A model generated the notes under the pieces. The model did no database searches. It was not told the origin of the DNA and worked only from the letters and a program-made list of their open reading frames with translations. A stretch of 64,000 nt of DNA from an uncultured Acidimicrobiaceae bacterium. Lineage in GTDB: Bacteria > Actinomycetota > Acidimicrobiia > Acidimicrobiales > RAAP-2. Of this stretch, positions 49,394-61,424 are shown in pieces. The position numbers and the translations under genes were made by a program. The stretch spans positions 29,797 to 93,796 of the forward strand of contig CAWHVY010000013.1 in NCBI GenBank assembly GCA_963832925.1. Reading direction: 5' to 3'. Within the stretch, counting starts at the first letter, position 1. Each line of letters opens with the position of its first letter.

Positions 49394-49552
49394 CTATCGC
49401 TTCTTGGCCTTCTGCTTTCGCGCGTAGGGATCTTTCATTTGGCCCGTAGATGTTGCCCCGACTCTTGGGTCGGAAACCGGTGGCTTAACAAGCACTTTCG
49501 TTACATGTACGGTCGATGAAACTCTGTCGTTGGTGTCATTGGTCGTGGTCAT
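49394..49552 (-). CDS. Small hypothetical protein (52 aa) overlapping the end of the Ntn-hydrolase gene
   Basis: GAGGAG 5 nt before ATG 49552; MTTTNDTNDRVSSTVHVTKVLVKPPVSDPRVGATSTGQMKDPYARKQKAKKR. Below the ORF-track cutoff. Confidence 0.45.
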   Translation of the reverse strand: MTTTNDTNDRVSSTVHVTKVLVKPPVSDPRVGATSTGQMKDPYARKQKAKKR

Positions 49553-50414
49553 GTGGTCTCCTCGGATTTAACTCTGTGGGGTAATAGTGCTTTCGCTCTA
49601 TCCATTTGAATCCTTCGTGACGGGATATTCCTGCCACCTCGACTGGTCCGCCGACGGTGTTTGAACCCGGCACATACTGCGTGTACCCAATTGTCGTATT
49701 CACGAAAAATCGGGCCAGGTTTATTGCATCTGCAAAGGGCATGGAAGGGATGACTGCACTACGACCTTCACGATTGAAGGCATCCATCACGGCGGTGCGG
49801 CTTGCTGGTGGGACGGCCGCCAAGACCGCAGCCAACAATGAAGGCGCATACCCGTTGAATAACCGTGCCACTGCATCAGCCTGACCAGTGGCTCTCCACC
49901 CCATGCCATTTTCATCCCAAATTTGAACGGGGGTTGGTCGAGTTGAAACATCTTCGAGCTGAAATTCCCAGAGTTCTGCGTGGCGCGCACCCGCTGAAAA
50001 GCCTGCGACCATGAAGCCTGTCAACACTGCCTCACTCGCCGTCAAATGTGAGAACAATTCGCCGTACATAAAATCAATTACTTTTTCAACTACTTCGCTG
50101 ATCTTGTAGCTTGCCGGGTCGAGTTCCCAACTTGGGTGGGCGTCATCACGTCCCATAAAGCGCCGTCTGAGATCCTTGGCAAGAGTTGCGATACTCGCAG
50201 CTTCAATCTGACCTCCACCCCATGTTGCAAGTCCTATCGGAAAATTACGGTGAAGGTGAACAATCTTGTCCGCGTTGTTATACACCTGATAGTCGATTGC
50301 CGGTTGAGCCGACACCGCCGCTCCTACGCTGGGCGCCGTCAATTTGAGGGTCGTAGCGGAATCGGCAGCCATTACGATCCCGTCAAAGACCTTCACGGCC
50401 ACAACGACGGTCAT
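49536..50414 (-). CDS. Proteasome beta-subunit/HslV-like Ntn-hydrolase-fold protein
   Basis: After Met removal: T1-VVVAVKVFDGIVMAA-D17-S, then NADKI, ATG(Q) and C-terminal VGGPVEVAGI, echoing the proteasome-beta pattern. Confidence 0.7.
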   Translation of the reverse strand: MTVVVAVKVFDGIVMAADSATTLKLTAPSVGAAVSAQPAIDYQVYNNADKIVHLHRNFPIGLATWGGGQIEAASIATLAKDLRRRFMGRDDAHPSWELDPASYKISEVVEKVIDFMYGELFSHLTASEAVLTGFMVAGFSAGARHAELWEFQLEDVSTRPTPVQIWDENGMGWRATGQADAVARLFNGYAPSLLAAVLAAVPPASRTAVMDAFNREGRSAVIPSMPFADAINLARFFVNTTIGYTQYVPGSNTVGGPVEVAGISRHEGFKWIERKHYYPTELNPRRPHDHDQ

Positions 50415-50502
50415 AGCGGCATCGTATCGTCGGCACTTACGCACATGTGGGACCACTCAAAGACCGTCAACAGCATGAGCGAGCCTGTGAACGCTTCATT
50501 CG

Positions 50503-50530
50503 TCCCGCGCGCCCTTAAGTGCACGCGGGA
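50503..50530. terminator. Hairpin immediately after rpsJ
   Basis: TCCCGCGCGCCC-TTAA-GTGCACGCGGGA imperfect inverted repeat. Confidence 0.5.
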
Positions 50531-50538
50531 TTTCATGA

Positions 50539-50862
50539 TCAGACTTGGCGAATCTTGATCTCGATGTCGACACCGGCCGGGAGGTCGAGTCGCTGGAGCG
50601 AGTCGACGGTCTTGGCGGTGTGATCAACGATGTCCAAGAGGCGCTTGTGCACGCGCATCTCGAAGTGCTCGCGCGAGTCCTTGTGCTTGTGGGGTCCACG
50701 AACGACCGTGTAACGGTGCTTCTCGGTGGGCAGCGGCACGGGGCCCTGCACACGAGCGTTCGTCCGCTCGACCGTCTGGACGATCTTCGCGGTGGACTGG
50801 TCCAGGACGCCGTGGTCGAAGGCCTTCAGCCGGATACGAATCATTTGTCGGTTGTCGGCCAT
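50539..50862 (-). CDS. rpsJ: 30S ribosomal protein S10
   Basis: [33 protein letters not shown]. Confidence 0.98.
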   Translation of the reverse strand: MADNRQMIRIRLKAFDHGVLDQSTAKIVQTVERTNARVQGPVPLPTEKHRYTVVRGPHKHKDSREHFEMRVHKRLLDIVDHTAKTVDSLQRLDLPAGVDIEIKIRQV

Positions 50863-50868
50863 GACCTA

Positions 50869-52056
<1,188 letters not shown>

Positions 52057-52164
52057 TGTCGGGGGCTAACTTTCTCTATAACGACGGCTTCACTCGAAGT
52101 CGTCTTGTTTGTTTCGGCCCGCCCCGACTACGGTTTGGACCTGGTTTTCGCTGGTCACCCAGCT

Positions 52165-54251
<2,087 letters not shown>

Positions 54252-54269
54252 TTCGAGAGCTTTCTTTGA

Positions 54270-54740
54270 TTACCAGCGGTAGTGCGCGAAGGCCTTGTTG
54301 GACTCGGCCATCTTGGCCACGTCCTCACGACGCTTCACTGCAGCACCGACACCGTTACTCGCATCAATGATCTCATTGGCGAGCCGCTCGGCCATGGTCT
54401 TTTCGCGGCGCTTCTTCGCGAAATCCGTCAACCAGCGGATAGCCAGTGTAGTGGCGCGACGCGGTCGAACCTCCATTGGCACCTGGTAGGTCGTACCGCC
54501 GACGCGACGACTCTTGACTTCCAACTCGGGTCGGACGTTCTCCAGAGCGCGCTTCAGGGTCGCGACCGGGTCGGTGCCGGTCTTCTGCTCGACCTGCTCA
54601 AGTGCGGTGTAGACGATGCGCTCGGCGATGGTGCGCTTGCCGCGCTCGAGGATCTTGTTGGTCAGCTGGGTCACCAGGACCGACTTGTAGATCGGGTCGA
54701 CCGGGACTTCACGACGAAGGGCGGGGCCTTTACGAGGCAT
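54270..54740 (-). CDS. rpsG: 30S ribosomal protein S7
   Basis: [28 protein letters not shown]. Confidence 0.98.
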   Translation of the reverse strand: MPRKGPALRREVPVDPIYKSVLVTQLTNKILERGKRTIAERIVYTALEQVEQKTGTDPVATLKRALENVRPELEVKSRRVGGTTYQVPMEVRPRRATTLAIRWLTDFAKKRREKTMAERLANEIIDASNGVGAAVKRREDVAKMAESNKAFAHYRW

Positions 54741-54743
54741 TGC

Positions 54744-55115
54744 TTACTTCTCCCTCTTGGCGCCGTAGCGACTACGGGCCTGCTTGCGGTCGCGGACACC
54801 GGAGGTGTCGAGCGCACCGCGGATGATCTTGTAACGCACACCCGGCAGGTCCTTCACACGGCCGCCACGCACGAGGACGATCGAGTGCTCCTGGAGGTTG
54901 TGGCCGACGCCCGGGATGTAGGCCGTGACCTCAACGCCGGAGGTGAGACGCACACGCGCGACCTTGCGAAGGGCCGAGTTCGGCTTCTTCGGGGTGACGG
55001 TGTGGACGCGGGTGCACACACCACGACGCTGTGGGGCCCCCTTCAGGGCCGGCGTCTTGGTCTTGGAAACCTTGTCCTGTCGACCCTTTCGGACCAACTG
55101 TGCGATTGTGGGCAC
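54744..55115 (-). CDS. rpsL: 30S ribosomal protein S12
   Basis: GTG start, [32 protein letters not shown]. Confidence 0.98.
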   Translation of the reverse strand: MPTIAQLVRKGRQDKVSKTKTPALKGAPQRRGVCTRVHTVTPKKPNSALRKVARVRLTSGVEVTAYIPGVGHNLQEHSIVLVRGGRVKDLPGVRYKIIRGALDTSGVRDRKQARSRYGAKREK

Positions 55116-55180
55116 GCAGAAAACCTCTTCTAATTGAACTTCGTTGCTGGAGCGCGCCAGACTCGGCACGCGGACTATCT

Positions 55181-55210
55181 ATCTTACGGCAAAACACCCT
55201 CGGACGGCAA
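55181..55210 (-). promoter_or_regulatory. Candidate str-operon promoter
   Basis: TTGCCG-N18-TAAGAT on the minus strand. Confidence 0.5.
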
Positions 55211-55337
55211 GCCGGGTAACGGTTCCAGGGAAAAGTGATGGCGCCGGGGCGATGCCGTCTCGCGACAGGAGTTCACATCGTGACCCTCGTGGAGATCACC
55301 ACGTTACTCCAGCGACTATCTGCTTGACTGGCGCACG

Positions 55338-55817
55338 ATGAATGACACTCGTCTGCTCCTCACGTGCGGACTGCCGGGGGCCGGAAAGACGACCCTTGCA
55401 CGTCAGTTGGCCGAGAGCCGAAGCGCCGTGCGCCTCACCTCTGATGATTGGATCATCGCGATGGGCTCTAGCCCCTGGGAGGAGCAAGCCCGGATCGCGT
55501 CTGAGCACGAACTCTGGCGTCTGGCCCAGGACATTCTGCGACTCGGCGTGAGCGTCGTCCTCGATTACGGGCTCTGGGGTCGAGACGAACGGGACGCCTT
55601 CAGGTTGGCGGCCCGCGACCTCGGCGTCGGGGTCGAACTGCACTTCCTTGATGTACCTACCGACGAGCTCTGGCGGCGCATCGACGAACGGAACTCAGAA
55701 CCTCCTTGGGACAAGTACCCAATCAGCCGCGGGCACCTTGACGAGTGGGCAGCATCTTTTCAGGCACCTGATACTGCCGAGAACGCGCTATTCGATGCCC
55801 CACCGACATCAGACTGA
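55338..55817 (+). CDS. Small P-loop NTPase/kinase (AAA_33-like)
   Basis: CGLPGAGKTTLARQL, LTSDDW, VVLDYGLW..DER, LDVPTDELWRRI..RN. Confidence 0.85.
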   Translation: MNDTRLLLTCGLPGAGKTTLARQLAESRSAVRLTSDDWIIAMGSSPWEEQARIASEHELWRLAQDILRLGVSVVLDYGLWGRDERDAFRLAARDLGVGVELHFLDVPTDELWRRIDERNSEPPWDKYPISRGHLDEWAASFQAPDTAENALFDAPPTSD

Positions 55818-55864
55818 CGAATACTGCAGTCCCTCTCAAGGACAACGTCGTCGCGAACTGCCCG

Positions 55865-56479
55865 CTACCAGTGCCAACTATGACCAACCTGATGAGCAAC
55901 AGCCACGTCGGCTGACAATGTGCCCGAGGAGATCGTGACGATGAAAATCTTTCCTTTGTGCCACACGTAGTCTTGGACTCCTTTTACCGGGACCGATGTC
56001 GATGCCAAGTGGAGCGTGTAGGTCGCCTGCAGTACCTCGCCTTGAGACCAATGCACTTTTGAGGTCTCAATCTTCTTGAATCCGGAACCTGCGAGACCAA
56101 GTTTCACTTCCGCTCCGAGTTCGTCGAAGTAGCCGGACGTAGACGGACCTTCGGCCTGCGGCTCGACAATTACGCTCAGATTTGAAGCGAACTCGTCGGA
56201 TATGGGACCGAGTACGAAGATTTTTACGCCCGCCTTCGTCTCTCGCTTGACTTCGGCCGTCAGCGAACTCTTCAAACTTGGATCGGCCTTGGTGGCTAGG
56301 TCCAGAAGTCCGGAAACGTCTCCACCAGTGAGGGGAATCTCACGCCAATCACCTGGCAGCGTGAATGACAGGTTGTATTTGGCGTCCTTGATCGTGACCG
56401 AGCTGGCGCCGCTCGTACCGGTGCCGAGAAGGGTGAGAGTCGCTATAAGAGATAAGGGCACGAGAGTACGCAGAAGCAT
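55865..56479 (-). CDS. Hypothetical secreted protein (possibly PsbP/Mog1p-like fold)
   Basis: Signal-like MLLRTLVPLSLIATLTLLGTGTSGA, then SFTLPGDW..SNLSVIVE..IFIVTIS; fold assignment is a guess. Confidence 0.55.
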   Translation of the reverse strand: MLLRTLVPLSLIATLTLLGTGTSGASSVTIKDAKYNLSFTLPGDWREIPLTGGDVSGLLDLATKADPSLKSSLTAEVKRETKAGVKIFVLGPISDEFASNLSVIVEPQAEGPSTSGYFDELGAEVKLGLAGSGFKKIETSKVHWSQGEVLQATYTLHLASTSVPVKGVQDYVWHKGKIFIVTISSGTLSADVAVAHQVGHSWHW

Positions 56480-56687
56480 CCTCAGCCGTTGAACAATTGC
56501 CGACGGCATCGCTGATGTTCTCGGAGTCATGCACTGGACGATAACTCATCGCGTGAGATCTGCAACGACCCACGACCTGGAGTTCGTCCTTGACTTCCTG
56601 GCTCGCCAATACGAATCGACAGGAATTGACCGATTTGCCGTTCTGCCGTGGGGACGTAGATTCTGAGTCGAACACTAAGGAGAAAGT

Positions 56688-57344
56688 GTGAAGCTTCTAC
56701 TCACGTCTGCGGGCGTCAAGAACCAGAGCATCCGCGACACGATCGTCGAGCTCGCCGGCAAACCGATCGAAGAGTGCGACACGCTCTACATCCCGACCGG
56801 CGGGTACCCCATGGGCGGACCGAACGGGGTCTGGCGAAGCACCACTGGGGTCGGACGAGCACCCATGGTCGAGGCCGGTTGGAAGTCCGTCGGGGTGTTG
56901 GAGTTGAGCATCCTCAGAAGCCTCGGCGAGAAGTATTGGCGGCCGCAGTTCGACAGTATCGACGTCTTGCTCGTGGGCGGGGGCGACGCGGTCTTCATGA
57001 GCTACTGGATGAAGCAGTCAGGCGTGGCCGAGCTCCTGCCCACGATGAACGCCCTCTACGTTGGCCTCAGTGGCGGGAGCATGGTGTTGACCCCGCGCAT
57101 CGGTGATGAGTTCATGGAGTGGACCCCGCCTACCGGTCATGACGAAACGCTGGGAATCGTCCCCTTCTCGATCTTCCCGCACGTCGATCACCCCGAGATG
57201 CCGGAGAACTCGATGGCCGAAGCCGAGAAGTGGGCTGCGACGTTGGGCAATCCGTCGTACGCGCTGGATGATCAGAGCGCCATCAAGGTCGTCGACGGCA
57301 ACGTCGAGGTCATCACCGAAGGCCACTGGCAGTACTTCGCCTGA
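56688..57344 (+). CDS. Peptidase S51 (dipeptidase E)-family protein
   Basis: MKLLLTSAG, LYIPTG, LLVGGGD, YVGLSGGSM, FPHV. Confidence 0.85.
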   Translation: MKLLLTSAGVKNQSIRDTIVELAGKPIEECDTLYIPTGGYPMGGPNGVWRSTTGVGRAPMVEAGWKSVGVLELSILRSLGEKYWRPQFDSIDVLLVGGGDAVFMSYWMKQSGVAELLPTMNALYVGLSGGSMVLTPRIGDEFMEWTPPTGHDETLGIVPFSIFPHVDHPEMPENSMAEAEKWAATLGNPSYALDDQSAIKVVDGNVEVITEGHWQYFA

Positions 57345-57353
57345 AAATGTCAA

Positions 57354-57385
57354 AGCCCGCCGCCGCCTGAAGGCGACGGCGGGCT
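57354..57385. terminator. Hairpin between the convergent S51 peptidase gene and rpoC
   Basis: AGCCCGCCGCCGCC / GGCGACGGCGGGCT inverted repeat. Confidence 0.75.
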
Positions 57386-57391
57386 CAGCAC

Positions 57392-60300
57392 TTAAATGGC
57401 TCGTCCGCCCAATTCGTCTTCGGGGTTGGACAGGTCGTTCTCAGGCAACGCCGACTCGTCGTAGGTGGCGGTCCCGATGTTCTGGAAGGCCGACAGGTCG
57501 GCACTGAACGTCGAGTCGTCACCGGAGAGTTCGCCGAGCAGGCTCGCGAGGTCGAGGTCATCGTCGCTGACCTGCGCCCAGGCGGGCAACAGTTCGGCGT
57601 CGGGCATGTCCAGACGCAGTTCGCGCTGGTTGTAGTACTCGAGTCCCGAACCGGCCGGGATGAGCTTGCCGATGATGATGTTCTCTTTCAGCCCGACCAG
57701 GTGGTCGCGCTTGCCCTCGATGGCCGCTTCGGTCAAGACTCGCGTCGTCTCCTGGAAGGAGGCGGCCGAGAGCCACGAGTCAGTAGCGAGTGAGGCCTTG
57801 GTGATACCCATCAACTGGGCACGACCGTCGGCCGCTTCCTTGCCGTTGGCTTCGATGTCGTCGTTGGTGTCGTTGAAGAGCTTCACGTCGACCATCGCAC
57901 CGGGCAGCCACGGGGACTCCCCCGCGTCGACGATCTGGACGCGTCGCGTCATCTGACGAACGATCAGTTCGATGTGCTTGTCGTGGATCGACACACCCTG
58001 GTCGCGGTAGACGTTCTGGACCTCTTCGACCAAGTACTGCTGGGTCTCCCTGGTGCCTCGGAACTTCATCATCAACTTCGGGTCCAGCGGTCCGTCGTGC
58101 AGCGGCGTGCCGACCTCGACCTCTTGGCCGTCCTCGACGAGCAGGTGGCGCGCGATCGAGATCGACTCCTCCTGGACTTCGCCGTCGTTGCCGACGACCG
58201 TGACCTTGCGCTCACGACCGATCAGTTCGACGCGCACGACACCTGAGAACTCCGCAACCTTCGCGGCGCCCTTCGGCGTACGGGCCTCGAAGAGTTCCAC
58301 GACGCGCGGCAGACCGTGCGTGATGTCGCTCTCGGTCACACCACCGGAGTGGAAGGTACGCATGGTGAGCTGCGTGCCGGGCTCGCCGATGGACTGTGCG
58401 GCGATGACGCCGACGGCCTCACCGAGTTCGACCAGTTGGTGTGTTGCCAAGGACAGTCCGTAGCAGTAGGCGCAGACGCCCTGGACGGCGTCACAGGTCA
58501 GCGTCGTGCGAACACGCACACGCTCGACCGCTGTGTCCTCTCGCAAGAGCTCGACGTCATCGACCATCAACATCGTGCCGGACTGGATCGTCGTGCCGTT
58601 GGAGAGCGTGACGTCCTCAGCCAGGACTCGTCCCCAGAGCTTGGTCTCGAGGTGCGCGCGCTGGCCACGGGTGTCGGGCGTGACGTGCTCGATCCACATG
58701 CCGCGTTGCGTGCCGCAGTCGAACTCCTTGACGATCAACTCCTGGGCCACGTCGACGAGTCGACGGGTCAGGTAGCCGGAGTCCGCGGTACGAAGCGCCG
58801 TGTCACCCAGGCCCTTGCGGGTGCCGTGGGTCGAGATGAAGTACTCGAGGACCGAGAGACCTTCACGGAAGGACGACTTGATCGGACGAGGGATCATCTC
58901 ACCGCGCGGGTTGGACACGAGGCCCTTCATGGCGGCGATCTGACGGATCTGCTGTGAGTTACCACGAGCACCGGAGTCGACCATCATGCGGATCGGGTTG
59001 TCGAAGGTCGCGTTCATGGCGCGGTCGGTGGCGTCACCGACCTCCTTGTTCGCGTTCGTCCAGATCTCGATCTCCTGCTGACGGCGCTCGTCGTCGACGA
59101 TGACGCCGCGGCGGTAGTTGGTCTCGACCTTGGCGGCCTGCTCCTCGTACTTGTTCAAGATCGCGGCCTTCTCCGACGTCGTGACGACGTCGTCGATGGA
59201 GATGGTCAGACCCGAACGCGTCGCGTAGCGAAAGCCCAACGACTTGATCGCGTCGAGTGACTCAGCGACCTCTTGGCGGCTGAAGCTACCGGAGATCTCC
59301 TCGACGATGGTCCCGATCGGCGTCGCGTTCTTGCCGATGAGCTCATTCACGTAGCGGAAGCTGAACGGCAGGGCCTCGTTGAAGAAGACCCGACCGGCCG
59401 TCGTGATCAGTGAACGGCTCGCGCCCTTCACCTCGATCCCGGCGGCTTCCAAGACGCGTGTCGAGTGACGATCCCTCACTGGGTCGGATCTGGATCTGCG
59501 TGCGAACGCCGATCGTCTTGTCGGCCAGCGCGTTCTCGATCTCGTACACGTGACGAAAGACCGGCGGGTTCGTGAGATCCTCTTCGGCCGGCAACGTCAA
59601 GTAGTACGCACCGAACACCATGTCCTGGGCCGGCTCCGTGATCGGTCGACCGGTCGCGGGCGTGAAGATGTTGTTCGTCGAGAGCATCAAGATGCGCGCC
59701 TCGGCCTGGGCCTCGGCCGACAGCGGCACGTGCACGGCCATCTGGTCACCGTCGAAGTCGGCGTTGAACGCCTTGCAGACCAACGGGTGGATCTGGATGG
59801 CCTTGCCGTCGACCAGTACGGGCTCGAAGGCCTGGATACCGAGTCGGTGCAAGGTCGGTGCGCGGTTGAGCAAGACCGGGTGCTCGCGGATGACCTCTTC
59901 GAGGACGTCCCACACCACGGCCTTGCGGCGCTCGACCATGCGCTTGGCGCTCTTGATGTTCTGGGCCATCTGCGTCTCGATGAGTCGCTTCATGACGAAG
60001 GGCTTGAAGAGTTCCAGCGCCATCATCTTGGGCAGGCCGCACTGGTGCAACTTCAGCTGCGGACCGACGACGATGACCGAACGTCCGGAGTAGTCGACGC
60101 GCTTGCCGAGCAGGTTCTGACGGAACCGGCCCTGCTTGCCCTTCAACATGTCCGAGAGACTCTTGAGCGGTCGACCGGACTGACCGGCGACCGGACGTCC
60201 ACGACGGCCGTTGTCGAACAAGGCGTCGACGGCCTCTTGGAGCATGCGCTTCTCGTTGTTGACGATGATGTCCGGTGCACCGAGGTCCAGCAGTCGCTTG

Positions 60301-61424
60301 AGTCGGTTGTTGCGGTTGATCACGCGACGGTAGAGGTCGTTGAGGTCCGACGTGGCGAAACGTCCACCGTCGAGCTGCACCATCGGGCGCAGGTCCGGCG
60401 GGATGACGGGCACGGCCTCCAAGATCATGGCGCGCGGGTCGTTCAGTCGGCGACCCTGGTCGTCACGACGGTTGAAGGACTGCACGATGGCGAGACGCTT
60501 CAAGAACTTGGCGTGACGCTGCGCGCTGAGGGGCTTTCGCCCGTCCTTCGCGTCGATCATCTCGCGCATGGTCTTTTCCTCTTGGTCGAGGTCCATGCGA
60601 TCGATCAGTTGCAGGATCGCGTCAGCGCCCATGCCGCCCTCGAAGTACTCGCCGTAGCGGAAGTCCATCTCGCGGTACAGCACTTCGTCCTCGATGATCT
60701 GGCGCGAGTGCAGTCCCTCGAAGGTGTCGAAGGCCTGCTTGGCCAACTCACGCTCTTCGGCGAAGCGCGAACGCACGCCGTCGAGTTCCTTCTCGGTGCC
60801 GCGCTGCAGGGCGCGAAGCTCGGACTCCTTGGCGCCGTCGGATTCGAGCTTGACGGCGCGGGCCTCGATCTCCTTGAGCTTGGCGTCGAGCGCCTTTACT
60901 TCGCGCTCGGCGATCTCGAGGATCTCTTCGGCGAGGGCGCCGCGGAGTTCCGCGAGGTCGTCGTGACGCTTGTCGACGTCGACGAAGGTGACCATGTGGG
61001 CGGCGAAGTAGATGACCTTCTCCAACTGCTTGGCCTTCAGTTCTTCCTTCGGGGCGGTGCCCATGAGGAGGTAGGCGAGCCACGAACGGGTGCCGCGCAG
61101 GTACCAGATGTGCACGACCGGCGCCGACAGGGCGATGTGGCCCATGCGGTCGCGACGGACCTTGTCACTGGTGACCTCGACGCCACAGCGCTCACAGACG
61201 ATGCCCTTGAAACGAACTCGCTTGTACTTGCCGCACGCGCACTCCCAGGCCTTTTGGGGCCCGAAGATCTTCTCGCAGAACAGGCCGTCCTTTTCGGGAC
61301 GCAGGGTTCGGTAGTTGATGGTCTCGGGCTTCTTCACTTCTCCCGAGGACCAACTGCGAATGTTCTGGGCCGTGGCGAGTCCAATGCTCAGTTCGTCGAA
61401 CTGGTTGACGTCTAACGGGCTCAT
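57392..61424 (-). CDS. rpoC: RNA polymerase beta' subunit, one apparent frameshift near 59455
   Basis: KPETINYRT, Zn ribbon, [50 protein letters not shown]; actinobacterial coiled-coil insertion present. Confidence 0.98.

Noticed and set aside
48401-50538. IS element or prophage remnant as the vehicle of the protease islet
   Set aside because: No transposase, integrase, terminal inverted repeats or target-site duplication could be seen.
59343-59479. rpoC appears as two ORFs, like the cyanobacterial rpoC1/rpoC2 split
   Set aside because: The break is a frame change in a CGCG run. Conserved sequence (TAGRVFFN) continues at once in the other frame with no SD or proper start, and similar indels occur elsewhere, so a sequencing error is most likely.
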